Source of the DNA: Promethearchaeota archaeon
Lineage (GTDB): Archaea; Asgardarchaeota; Lokiarchaeia; Sigyniarchaeales; SOKP01
NCBI GenBank assembly: GCA_048939995.1
Contig: JBHLOY010000008.1
Location: 32,001 to 96,000, forward strand
DNA length: 64,000 bases
Direction of reading: 5' to 3'
Position 1 is the stretch's first letter, and each line of letters opens with the position of its first letter. The notes under the pieces were generated by a model. That model was given only the letters and a program-made list of their open reading frames with translations, searched no databases and was not told where the DNA came from. The translations under genes and the position numbers were made by a program. This document shows positions 8,735-18,442 of this stretch, one piece after another.

Positions 8735-11626
8735 TCAATCGACATCTATATATATTGCTGGTTTATAAGGAATAGACTTACTTGATTTATTTTGAGGGTC
8801 AAATTTAGAGTTTATAATAATTTTTGAATTTACCTTGTTTTCAATGTAGCCTTTATATTCTCTTAGCAGTTGTTTCTCATCTGACTTAGGGATAGAGTTA
8901 TCCCAGCTTCGTCTATTTATTTGATTTTTGATAAACGGGATCAGTTCTTTATTTTTCATCAAGTTCGGTTGCTCCTTTAATTCGGATATAATAGCCTTAA
9001 AATCGCCCTTCTTATTAAGTATTAAGCGATTTACATTGTGCTTCCAACCAACAGCAGTGTAGATGTAAATAATTTTTATATTTCGAGTCTTAACTACCTT
9101 TTTTATATTTAAAATATCATCAATAAGGTTTGAAATATAATTAAATTCAATTTCAAGTTCTTTATCAAGATATCTATTGTCTAATCGACCCCAAACTGAT
9201 TTTGAAATAAATCCCTGATTTCCTGAAATTTCCCATAACTCTTCAGACAGATGAGGCATAGTTAATGATATTATTTTAAGCCACTCCCTATAAATTATAC
9301 TGAATACAATCTCAAAGTCATTATAATCCTCGACATACTTTTGTAAATCTTGTATTAAATTAAACGTCTCATAGAAAGATAACTGAAGATATTTCCGTAA
9401 ATTGAAGTCCTTCAATGCATCGTCAGCATCTAAAAAGTTCTGAGCAATTTTTGATACAATTACACGTGCATATTTTGATTGAATATCATTGTAATGATAA
9501 TCGAAATTCTTTACATTTTCAATATGTAGATGCATGAATTCATAAAATCTAGCTATATGGTTTCTAACCGCTTGAATTTCCTTCTCTCTCCAATCCATAT
9601 TAATTCCTAAATCAGCAGTATGTGAAATATAAAATCTAAATAAATCTGCAGAGTATTTAGTCTGTATATCCCCAAGAGAGATTATATTCCCTTTTGATTT
9701 TCCCATCTTTTGACCTTCAATTAGTACAGGCTCTATTAATGTTATAATTTTTGGCCAGTAGTAATTAGGAAATATAGCAACATGATGAAATATGTAAAAA
9801 CTTAAATGATTTGAAATATGCATAATTGCTGTGTGTCTATGATCAACTGGATACCAATACTGAAATTCATCTTGCATCTTGTTTAATAAGTTTTCATCAA
9901 TTCCTGTCTTTTTAGATACTTCTTTTACAGTTCCTTCGTTTAAATAAATAAAATCGAAGAATTCAGGGATTAATTGCTTTGGCTTAATTTCATAATTTTT
10001 GAGGTGGTGGACAATCGTATAGAAACTCATATATATTGTTGAGTCGCTTAAAGATTCAACAATCCATTCTTGGTCAAATGGTAGGTGTGTTCCTAATCCT
10101 CGTTTCCGAGCACATGGTCTCTTTTCTAACCAATGAAAGACATTTTCAAAATTCATCCTATATTTTTTTGGAATGATGCTCATATCAGATAAACATTCAA
10201 AGGCATCTTTTTTCCATTCTCCAGCATCAAAATTGAGGAACCATTGATCCTTAAGAATAGTAACTATTATTTTTTCTCCGCATCTACATCTCAGATTTTT
10301 TGTAACTGGGATATAGATCTTATCCGCTTGATTGCTATTTAAGAGTTCTTCAACAACAAGAGTCACTGCTTCACTAACTGGCTTATCAACATATTCGCTA
10401 CATTTCTCATTTAATACACCGCTATAAAACTCGCTTTTATAGTTTTCGGCAGTTGCTTTATCCAATTTTTTCTTATCAGCCTGTGATTTAACCTCAAATT
10501 TTTCGCAATAAATTTTAGCGGGATAATCTTCAAAATCCTTTAGATTTATTATTTGAATAGGTTTTATATTTTCAATCTCTTTCTTATTCATCTTGAATTT
10601 ATCTAATGACTCAGTGCTTCTTTGTAAATCAATTAAAGCAATGTAATCAAAGGGCGCATGGGCGGGTACAGAATAAACGACCCCTGTAGCTGAGGAAGTA
10701 TCAACGAAATAACCAGGTAAAATGGGTAAATCTTGAGCATTGATAATATTTTTAGCTTTCTTTCCTATCAGTTTTTCTCCTTTAAAGGTTTCAAGGGCTT
10801 TAACTGTTTTATTTTGATTTTCCAATTTCTTTATCGCTTCCTTTGAGATGAACCAGATTTCTCCATCTACTTTTGCTTTTACATAATCTCCATCAGGATT
10901 GATCCATAAATTGGTTACTCCAAATATAGTTTCTGGTCTTAATGTAGCTGGCACTAGAAATCCTTCCTCAAAAGGAAATTTTATACAGATGTATTCGTTA
11001 ATATCAAGATTTAATTCATCACCTCTCGCAATATCATCTTCACCAACAGCATTCATACACCTTGGACAATAGAGTATTGGATATTCACCTTTTTCCAGAT
11101 ACTTCTTTTCTGCTAATTTGTAATACTGCCATTCAATTAGTTTATTATATATTTTATCACCGGTAGTGAATTCCCTCCTCCAATCTATGCTCATTCCAAT
11201 CGACTTAAAGTCCAATTTCATGGTATTTGAAAAATAATTTACAATATTCCAAGGATCAATAAAACTTTCTACTATTTCTTCTACTTTTTTTGGATTTTCT
11301 GTGTGCAATGAAACATAATCCTTCATTCTAGCTATAATTTTTTTATCTTTCCTCTTTATTGATGAAGAAATTGCTAAAACAGGTGTTCCTGTTATATGAA
11401 ATGCCATTGGATATAAAACGTTGTATCCTTTGGCTCGATAATAACGGGCAAAAATATCACCATTAACAAAACTTCTACCATGACCGATGTGAAGAGTTCC
11501 TGATGCATAAGGATAAGGTGATGTAATAAATTTTTTGCCAATTGATTTATCTGGATTTGCTTCAAATATCTTAGCACTTTCCCATCTTTCTTGCCACTTT
11601 TTCTCAATTTCTAGAGCTTTATACAT
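8735..11626 (-). CDS. leuS: Leucine--tRNA ligase (archaeal/eukaryotic type)
   Basis: PYPYASGTLHIGH, ATLRPET, GVVYSVPAHAPFD (CP1 editing domain), ESLSDSTIYM, KMGKSKGN. Confidence 0.96.
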   Translation of the reverse strand: MYKALEIEKKWQERWESAKIFEANPDKSIGKKFITSPYPYASGTLHIGHGRSFVNGDIFARYYRAKGYNVLYPMAFHITGTPVLAISSSIKRKDKKIIARMKDYVSLHTENPKKVEEIVESFIDPWNIVNYFSNTMKLDFKSIGMSIDWRREFTTGDKIYNKLIEWQYYKLAEKKYLEKGEYPILYCPRCMNAVGEDDIARGDELNLDINEYICIKFPFEEGFLVPATLRPETIFGVTNLWINPDGDYVKAKVDGEIWFISKEAIKKLENQNKTVKALETFKGEKLIGKKAKNIINAQDLPILPGYFVDTSSATGVVYSVPAHAPFDYIALIDLQRSTESLDKFKMNKKEIENIKPIQIINLKDFEDYPAKIYCEKFEVKSQADKKKLDKATAENYKSEFYSGVLNEKCSEYVDKPVSEAVTLVVEELLNSNQADKIYIPVTKNLRCRCGEKIIVTILKDQWFLNFDAGEWKKDAFECLSDMSIIPKKYRMNFENVFHWLEKRPCARKRGLGTHLPFDQEWIVESLSDSTIYMSFYTIVHHLKNYEIKPKQLIPEFFDFIYLNEGTVKEVSKKTGIDENLLNKMQDEFQYWYPVDHRHTAIMHISNHLSFYIFHHVAIFPNYYWPKIITLIEPVLIEGQKMGKSKGNIISLGDIQTKYSADLFRFYISHTADLGINMDWREKEIQAVRNHIARFYEFMHLHIENVKNFDYHYNDIQSKYARVIVSKIAQNFLDADDALKDFNLRKYLQLSFYETFNLIQDLQKYVEDYNDFEIVFSIIYREWLKIISLTMPHLSEELWEISGNQGFISKSVWGRLDNRYLDKELEIEFNYISNLIDDILNIKKVVKTRNIKIIYIYTAVGWKHNVNRLILNKKGDFKAIISELKEQPNLMKNKELIPFIKNQINRRSWDNSIPKSDEKQLLREYKGYIENKVNSKIIINSKFDPQNKSSKSIPYKPAIYIDVD

Positions 11627-11720
11627 AAGTTCATATCAACTTCTTTATACATTAATTATCAGAAAAAACCCACCTATGATCCCTTTCGAATAAATTTCAC
11701 TCCATGCGAAATAATCCACC

Positions 11721-11759
11721 AAAAATTTAAAAGAAAAAGATTAGGCAGACTTATTCCGC
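11721..11759 (-). terminator. Hairpin plus oligo-U tracts right after the leader stop codon (candidate attenuator/terminator)
   Basis: Minus strand: TAA GCGGA-ATAAG-TCTGC CTAA TCTTTTTCTTTTAAATTTTT. Confidence 0.5.
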
Positions 11760-11849
11760 TTAAAGTAATAATAATAACACTGCAAGCAAATCATCTAACC
11801 AGGATCTTGACTTTATGAATGAATGTGAAGCAGTATTATTTGAAATCAT
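11760..11849 (-). CDS. Putative leuS leader peptide, 29 aa
   Basis: MISNNTASHSFIKSRSWLDDLLAVLLLLL*; 8 of the last 12 codons are Leu; TATA box about 24 nt upstream of ATG. Confidence 0.75.
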   Translation of the reverse strand: MISNNTASHSFIKSRSWLDDLLAVLLLLL

Positions 11850-11870
11850 TATATAATAATCACTTTTTTT

Positions 11871-11890
11871 AATATAAAAATTTTTTCTAT
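11871..11890 (-). promoter_or_regulatory. BRE/TATA promoter for a leaderless leader-leuS transcript
   Basis: Minus strand ATAGAAAAAA-TTTTTATATT, about 24 nt before ATG 11849. Confidence 0.55.
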
Positions 11891-11942
11891 CAAATCATTA
11901 AATATTTATCCAAAGAGCTATTGATAAGTTTAAAAATCAATC

Positions 11943-12449
11943 GTGATACAAACTATGGATAAAAAAGTGTTAATTGCATATTATTCTCTTACAGGTAACA
12001 CACAATTCATTGCAGAAGCAATCCAAGAAGCTCTTCAAGTTGATATCGAAGAATTAAAACCAGTTAAAGAACTTAATCCTAATAGTTCGATGAGATTTAT
12101 GTGGGGTGGAATGCAAGCAACAATGAAAATGAAACCAGATTTATATCCAACTGGGAAAAATCCTCTTGATTATGATATAATTTTCTTAGGTACCCCAGTT
12201 TGGGCTTGGACTTTTTCACCTCCTTTAAGAAAATATATATCATTGTTTGATCTTTCTACTAAAAAGGTAGCAATTTGGGTTTGTTGTGCAGGAGATGGTA
12301 AGAAAGCGTTAGATCGATTTAAAGAGGCTTTGAAGGAAACTCAAATCCTTGGAACGAATATATTTCAGCAACCATTAAATAATAACTCTAAAGAGGAGAA
12401 AGAAAGAGCAATCTCTTGGGCGAGTGAGATTGTTAATAAGCTCTCTTAA
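11943..12449 (+). CDS. Flavodoxin-family protein
   Basis: YYSLTGNT FMN loop, GTPVWAW. Confidence 0.88.
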   Translation: MIQTMDKKVLIAYYSLTGNTQFIAEAIQEALQVDIEELKPVKELNPNSSMRFMWGGMQATMKMKPDLYPTGKNPLDYDIIFLGTPVWAWTFSPPLRKYISLFDLSTKKVAIWVCCAGDGKKALDRFKEALKETQILGTNIFQQPLNNNSKEEKERAISWASEIVNKLS

Positions 12450-13237
12450 AATTTTGAACTATTTAAAAAAGGGAAGATTTTCTTTATCAAAAATTTTAAA
12501 CTTATTAAACTTTTAGAATCATCTGGTAAATCAATAAGGGGTTTGCCTTTTAAGTCATATTCAATTACGAGATTATCCTGCGGAATAGTCCCAATTAATG
12601 GTAAATCTAATTCTTTTAACTTATTAATCAATAATCCAATATTTTCATTAGCTTTATTTATTATTATTCCTAACTTTTTGTAGCTTGTGAATTTTTTTGC
12701 ATGTTTTTTTATTGATTTTGCCGTTTCCAAACTTCTTAAAGATGTATCAGTTATAATTATGAGAAAGTCAATAGATTTAAACACCATTCGACTAATTTGC
12801 TCAAGTCCAGCTTCTCCATCTATTAAAATGATCTCAAAATCTTGGGAAATTGATTCTATTACTCTTCTTAATAGTATATTTGAAGGACAAAAGCATCCTG
12901 GTCCCTCTGGTTGGCCAATTGAAAAAATGCAAAAATCTTTACTTTCAGCCATTCCTTCATATAGATCGAAATCAATCTTTTCAGCTAGTATCTGAGGATC
13001 TTTTTTTTCATTATGGGCATTTCTTATAGCATCCAACCTTAATTCCTCCAGAGATTTTCTTGGTTTAACTTTAAGCATATTACATAAATGTGGGTGTGAG
13101 GGATCCGCATCTATTAATAATAATTTGTAGTTGTAATCTTCTGAAATAATTTTAGTGAGTAAAACTGTTATTAGAGTTTTCCCTACTCCGCCCTTTCCTA
13201 CAATAGCTACTTTGACAGGCTGATTAGATTTATTGAT
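12446..13237 (-). CDS. cooC: CooC/AcsF-type Ni-insertion ATPase (extended 53 codons upstream of the ORF-track start)
   Basis: In-frame upstream GKGGVGKT and IDADP; GCFC metal motif; DGEAGLE. No ATG/GTG/TTG precedes the P-loop; probable start is ATC at 13237. Confidence 0.82.
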   Translation of the reverse strand: MNKSNQPVKVAIVGKGGVGKTLITVLLTKIISEDYNYKLLLIDADPSHPHLCNMLKVKPRKSLEELRLDAIRNAHNEKKDPQILAEKIDFDLYEGMAESKDFCIFSIGQPEGPGCFCPSNILLRRVIESISQDFEIILIDGEAGLEQISRMVFKSIDFLIIITDTSLRSLETAKSIKKHAKKFTSYKKLGIIINKANENIGLLINKLKELDLPLIGTIPQDNLVIEYDLKGKPLIDLPDDSKSLISLKFLIKKIFPFLNSSKF

Positions 13238-13992
13238 TAATCAAGCACCTCTCTCTTTTCTAACACTTCCTTAATATCCTCACACACATCATAATACGGG
13301 CAATCGTTGCATTCCCAATCAAAATCACAATCTATTCTCCTTTTCCACTCAGAGACTTTTTCCTTCCATTTTAGATTAATCTCATTTTGAATTGAAGAAG
13401 TCATACCAATAAAAGAATTTATAATATCTAATTCTGAATTTATTAAGATTATTTCGATTGATCTGATTAAACTCCCAAATTTAGTATTATAGAGATATAA
13501 TATCGCATTTGCTAAGAATTTAAAAGAAATTTTACATATCACACTGCTACTGATTCGACACCAAAATCTCCTTGGAATTGTACGTATCATAAATCCCTCA
13601 ATTCCGTTTGAAATGAAAGTGGTACTCCTAAATTCATCAAAATTATTTTCTGAATCTGTTCCAATTAATATTACAATTCCAAAATCTAAGGCTTTAACAG
13701 ATTGTTCATTAATTTCTGGACCAATGAGTACTATTTTTCCGTCATCTAACAAATTTGAATCCTTTAGTGGATAGATAATGGAGAAAGACTTTCTTTCAGG
13801 GCCACCTAATTCTAAACCGGTTTCTTCTTCAAGAATTATATCTTTAAACTCATCTAAATTAACTCTTATATCAACTTCTTTAAAATATTTTTGAGGATTT
13901 TCTTCTTTCTTATAAATTTTTATTTTCTTTCCATTTTGAGACAGCCGATTTAAGAATCCTTTTATCTTTATTATGTTTTCTTCGGGTTTCAA
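13237..13992 (-). CDS. Stand-alone acetyl-CoA synthase beta-subunit-like domain protein with C-terminal Cys cluster
   Basis: ELGGP, DGKIVLIGPEI, EGFMIR...WCRIS resemble the CdhC/AcsB N-terminal region; ends with CDFDWECNDCPYYDVC; adjacent to cooC. Confidence 0.65.
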   Translation of the reverse strand: MKPEENIIKIKGFLNRLSQNGKKIKIYKKEENPQKYFKEVDIRVNLDEFKDIILEEETGLELGGPERKSFSIIYPLKDSNLLDDGKIVLIGPEINEQSVKALDFGIVILIGTDSENNFDEFRSTTFISNGIEGFMIRTIPRRFWCRISSSVICKISFKFLANAILYLYNTKFGSLIRSIEIILINSELDIINSFIGMTSSIQNEINLKWKEKVSEWKRRIDCDFDWECNDCPYYDVCEDIKEVLEKREVLD

Positions 13993-14084
13993 TGCATTAG
14001 CTCAAAAAAGTTATTTTTCTTAAAATTTATTTCAATGCATTAATAATATATATTACTATATTTTGAGATTATTGAAACTTTATT

Positions 14085-15239
14085 ATGAATTGTTTTGATA
14101 GAATTTGGGCAACGCTAAATCTAGAGCAACCAGATAGAGTCCCCACTCATACAATCCAATTTGATGGTAATATAGCTGATCAAGTGATTGGTAAACCTGA
14201 AAGAACAGCTTTTGATATTTTTGATGAGATGGAAAAAAAATATGGAGATGATTGGATAGATAAAATAAATCTCATGCTTGATGATATTGAAATATCTGTT
14301 TTTGCCAAATGTGTTAGAGCGGCTTATGAATTGGGATTCGATGGGGTTGGGATTCATTATATTCCTTTCATTATAGAAAGTAAAACTGAAATGACTGACA
14401 TTTTTGGAAAGAGACATAGAATAAGAAATATTGATGGAAATCCTTATCCTGATTATTATGGAGGTTACATTAAAAATAGGAAGGATTGGGAAGCTTATCC
14501 TAAACCAGATTTAAAGGAAGAGTATAAGCGAGCAAAAAAGTTTTATAAAGGAGTATTAAGAAAGTGTCGTGACATAAAAGATGATATTTGTATAATAGCT
14601 CAAGACGCCCTCACATCTATTTTTCCACCTGTATGGCAAGGAATGGGAATGAATTATTTTGTTCGTGCCTTAAAAAACGACCCAAAATTAATTGAAGAGA
14701 GGTTTCGATTTACTACAGATTTTGTTTTAAAAATTTTTGAAGCGTATCATGATTGTGGGGCTAAGATATTTCTTGAAGGAGGGGATATTGCTCATACTCA
14801 TGGTCCAATGATAAATCCAAAGTATTTCTATAAATATGTACTGCCATGTTTTCAAGAAGTTTCTGAAACAATTCACAAATGGGGTGGTAAATACATTTTA
14901 CACACTGATGGAGATGTTACAGAACTTTTAGATTTTATTATTGAATCTGGTTTTGATGGTTTACAATGCTTAGAACCACCCGTAGTAGATCCCTACTTAG
15001 TTAAAAGAAAGGTGGGAAATAAGTTATGCCTTTCGGGAAATATAGATACCAGACATATCTTAGTTAAAGGGACTAAACAAGAAGTTGAAGACGCCGTAAG
15101 ATCTGCAATTAAAGCATTAGGGCATGATGGAGGTTATATGCTATCTCCTGCAAACTTCCATCCAGCTATTTCAGTAGATAGATTAAAATGGATGATTGAA
15201 GCAACCAACAAGTTTGGTAAGTACCCATTAAAAATTTGA
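14085..15239 (+). CDS. Uroporphyrinogen decarboxylase-family protein (MtaA/CmuA-like methyltransferase)
   Basis: PDRVP, HTDG, GNID, GGYMLSP motifs. Confidence 0.85.
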   Translation: MNCFDRIWATLNLEQPDRVPTHTIQFDGNIADQVIGKPERTAFDIFDEMEKKYGDDWIDKINLMLDDIEISVFAKCVRAAYELGFDGVGIHYIPFIIESKTEMTDIFGKRHRIRNIDGNPYPDYYGGYIKNRKDWEAYPKPDLKEEYKRAKKFYKGVLRKCRDIKDDICIIAQDALTSIFPPVWQGMGMNYFVRALKNDPKLIEERFRFTTDFVLKIFEAYHDCGAKIFLEGGDIAHTHGPMINPKYFYKYVLPCFQEVSETIHKWGGKYILHTDGDVTELLDFIIESGFDGLQCLEPPVVDPYLVKRKVGNKLCLSGNIDTRHILVKGTKQEVEDAVRSAIKALGHDGGYMLSPANFHPAISVDRLKWMIEATNKFGKYPLKI

Positions 15240-15254
15240 GAACACGAAGGATAT

Positions 15255-15578
15255 TTAATCAGATAATTGAGCATTTTCTAAAAATCCAATTCCACGAGGA
15301 GTTAATTTCCATCCTTCTTCTGTATCTAAAAGATAAAAAGTTTGCTTTAACATATTAAGATGATAAAGTAATTGGGAATCATCCAGAAGAAATTCCTTTT
15401 TAATCTCATCGAGCTTTTTAATAGTATATCCAATAAAATTTAGAATATCCCTTCTAATAGGATTAGTAAGAGTTCTATATGCACGACCATGATCAAGTTT
15501 TTTATCTAAATTTTTTATTTTAGCGTAGAATTCCTTTAATTCTTCCCTAGATAATTTTGAAGAGTTATTCTCTTTCAT
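15255..15578 (-). CDS. ArsR-like winged-helix protein
   Basis: LTNPIRRDIL...LLYHLNML...WKLTPRG. Confidence 0.75.
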   Translation of the reverse strand: MKENNSSKLSREELKEFYAKIKNLDKKLDHGRAYRTLTNPIRRDILNFIGYTIKKLDEIKKEFLLDDSQLLYHLNMLKQTFYLLDTEEGWKLTPRGIGFLENAQLSD

Positions 15579-15618
15579 ATTTTTGTGATATAATCTTATT
15601 TAATAGGTACCAGTAACT

Positions 15619-15640
15619 TACCTTAAAATATAGTAAGGTA
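15619..15640. promoter_or_regulatory. Inverted repeat TACCTTA-N8-TAAGGTA, candidate operator
   Basis: Perfect 7-bp arms between the divergent wHTH gene and the URO-D/isomerase/MFS cluster, just upstream of TATATATA. Confidence 0.45.
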
Positions 15641-15697
15641 GGATCTATATATAAGATTCTTTAAAGATTATACAAATTAAAAACAGATATGGTTTAA

Positions 15698-16939
15698 ATG
15701 GATTCACGGCAAAGAATTCTTGAAACTATTAATCATAAAGAGCCTGACAGAGTACCAGTAGACTTGGGATCAACTCCTTGTACTGGAATATCAGCTATCG
15801 CTTATCATAATTTAAAGCAATATCTAGGTATTTTTAAAGGTCACACAAGAGTCTATGATCTTGGCCAACAATTAGCTCAGCCAGAAGACTTTATCCTTGA
15901 ACGTTTTAAAGTTGACGCATTAGATATTGGCAGAACCTTCAATACAAAAGTAGAAGATTGGTATGATATTCATGTAAATGGGATAGATATGCAGTGGCCT
16001 AAATGGTTTCAGCCACGCCATAATTCTGATGATTCATATGATGTCCTCCATCGTGATGGAACTGTACTTTCCAGAATGACAAAGGATGCCTTAGTATTTG
16101 ATCAAACCTACTACCCATGTTTGGATCACTATCCAGAAAACTATGAAGATTTCCAGAAAATAATTAGAAAAAGCGCATGGGCAGCTATGCCTGTTCCTCC
16201 TTTTAGTAACATTGGAGAGAAAAAATTTTGGAAGCTACTAAGACAAAATACAATAAAATTAAAGGAGCACTCTAAAAAGGCTATTGTCCTTAATTATGGA
16301 AGTACAAGTTTTGAATTTGGGAATAGTTTCTTACGTATGGATAAACAACTCATTGATATTCGTAGAAATCCCTCTAAAGTTGAAAGATTACTCGATTATA
16401 TACAGGAATTTTCTCTTAATTCATTAAAAGTAATTTGTGGTTATGTTGGAGATGTTATAGATATAATCCGAATTGGAGATGATCTCGGAGAAAATAATGG
16501 TCCTTTCTTTAGCCCCCAGATTTATCGTAAAATGTTTAAACCTAAACATAGCGAAATATGTGACTTTATAAAAACACATAGTTCAATGAAAATTATGTTT
16601 CATACATGTGGCTCAATAACTCAAATACTTCCAGACTTGATTGAAACTGGAATAGATATTCTTAATCCAGTGCAAATAAATGCACGTGATATGGATCCAA
16701 AATTTTTAAAAGATAATTTTGGAGATGATATTACATTTTGGGGAGGTGGAGCAGATACTCGTAATGTTATAAATCGTAAAACAACTGAAGAAGTTAAAGC
16801 CCATATCTTAGAATTATTGGAAATATTTGGTCCGGGAGGAGGTTATGTCTGGAATACAGTTCATAATATCTTGCCTGATGTTCCCCCTCAAAATATTGTA
16901 GCTATGTTTGAAGCTATAGATCAATTTAATAATAACTAG
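15698..16939 (+). CDS. Uroporphyrinogen decarboxylase-family methyltransferase
   Basis: EPDRVPVDLG, GDDLG, HTCG, NPVQ, FWGGG, HNI motifs. Confidence 0.88.
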   Translation: MDSRQRILETINHKEPDRVPVDLGSTPCTGISAIAYHNLKQYLGIFKGHTRVYDLGQQLAQPEDFILERFKVDALDIGRTFNTKVEDWYDIHVNGIDMQWPKWFQPRHNSDDSYDVLHRDGTVLSRMTKDALVFDQTYYPCLDHYPENYEDFQKIIRKSAWAAMPVPPFSNIGEKKFWKLLRQNTIKLKEHSKKAIVLNYGSTSFEFGNSFLRMDKQLIDIRRNPSKVERLLDYIQEFSLNSLKVICGYVGDVIDIIRIGDDLGENNGPFFSPQIYRKMFKPKHSEICDFIKTHSSMKIMFHTCGSITQILPDLIETGIDILNPVQINARDMDPKFLKDNFGDDITFWGGGADTRNVINRKTTEEVKAHILELLEIFGPGGGYVWNTVHNILPDVPPQNIVAMFEAIDQFNNN

Positions 16940-16950
16940 AGATATTAACG

Positions 16951-18441
16951 ATGATAAAATTAAATATAGGAATAGTGTTTATCGGAAAACCTCAATGGGA
17001 GGCAGGTTGGCCATACCTAGGGTATAATAATGAAACTTGTATCAAATTAATTAAAGATTATTTAGAAAATAGTTTCCCTGAGTTAATGTATATTTGGTAT
17101 GAGATTCTTACAAACTATAATGCCAATTTAGTTAAAGAGATTAAAAATTCAATCAAAGATGTTGATGGTGTGATTATATTTACTATAGGGCATTACGGAG
17201 ATCCTGGTATCGTTCAAGCAGGAATTGAAATTATTGAGAGTCAAAAACCAGTCATTTTAACTAATCTTATTTACAGAGGAGATCACACATTCACTAAAAT
17301 CTTTTCAAGCATAAAAAATAAAAATTTTAAGATTTTGCCAATATCTATAGAAAAATTAGAGAATCTTAGCGAATCTATTAGAATTTTAATAAAGCTGCTC
17401 AAATTGCGAGGGAATAAGATTTTAGTTTATGCTCCTGAGAAAATAGAAATGAATTGGCAAAAAATTTTAGAGCTATTCAATCCAGAGCGAAATCGAATAA
17501 GAATTAAGGATCCAGAATTTCTCGAGAAAGTGATAAACCTAAGTTCTGACCAAAGATTTGAATTTTTTACAGACATAGAGGGAAAGGATCAAGCTCATCA
17601 ATGGAGAAGGGATGAAGACAGATATAGCAGGAACCTTAAAGAAATATTTAACATTGAGATGATTAAAGGCAATCCAGAGGAAATTATGGATTTTTATGAT
17701 AATGTAGATGAAGAGGACGCTAACAAAATCGTTGAAAAATGGAAAGAAGAAGCCTTAAGAGTCGAGCCCAGTGAAAATACGCTACTAAATTCAGCTAAAT
17801 TATATATTGCGTTAAAAACCTTGTTAAGTGAGAAGAAATTTAATATCTTTACACCAGATTGTGGTACTTTTTTATTAACGGGAGTGCTGCCTGCATATCC
17901 TTGTATGGCTTTTATGGAATTAATTAAGGATAATATATACGGGATATGCGAATCTGATATGGACTGCACTATAAGCTACCTTTTTGGTTTATATCTTACT
18001 AATCGTCCAGGATTTGTTTCCAATCATACATTAGATACTTCAAATAATCAGATTACATATATGCATTGTCTTGCACCAAATAAATTGTATGGAAATACCG
18101 GTCCTAAATCAGATTATGAAATTTTATATCATGGAGAAACTCATTATTTAGGAGCTTCTCCTTGTGTAAAGTTTCCGGTTGGGGAATATGTCACCACTAT
18201 TAAAATAAGTATATTAAACAAGAAGATAGCATTACGCAAAGGGAAAATTATTGATAATGTTGTTGATAAAAATGGATGTGTTTCAAAAATGTTAGTCGAA
18301 GGCAATGTAAGTAAAATTATGGATAATTATGATTGGGATACTTTTGGATGGCATCGAGTTACATTTATTGGGGATTGGAAAAATGATTTCATTACTGGAG
18401 CAAAATTATTAGGTTTAAAAGTAATAGAGGAGGATATATAA
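16951..18441 (+). CDS. L-fucose/L-arabinose isomerase-like protein
   Basis: YPCMAF...CESD, MHC, GWHRV motifs of FucI/AraA-like fold proteins. Confidence 0.65.
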   Translation: MIKLNIGIVFIGKPQWEAGWPYLGYNNETCIKLIKDYLENSFPELMYIWYEILTNYNANLVKEIKNSIKDVDGVIIFTIGHYGDPGIVQAGIEIIESQKPVILTNLIYRGDHTFTKIFSSIKNKNFKILPISIEKLENLSESIRILIKLLKLRGNKILVYAPEKIEMNWQKILELFNPERNRIRIKDPEFLEKVINLSSDQRFEFFTDIEGKDQAHQWRRDEDRYSRNLKEIFNIEMIKGNPEEIMDFYDNVDEEDANKIVEKWKEEALRVEPSENTLLNSAKLYIALKTLLSEKKFNIFTPDCGTFLLTGVLPAYPCMAFMELIKDNIYGICESDMDCTISYLFGLYLTNRPGFVSNHTLDTSNNQITYMHCLAPNKLYGNTGPKSDYEILYHGETHYLGASPCVKFPVGEYVTTIKISILNKKIALRKGKIIDNVVDKNGCVSKMLVEGNVSKIMDNYDWDTFGWHRVTFIGDWKNDFITGAKLLGLKVIEEDI

Positions 18442-18442
18442 T

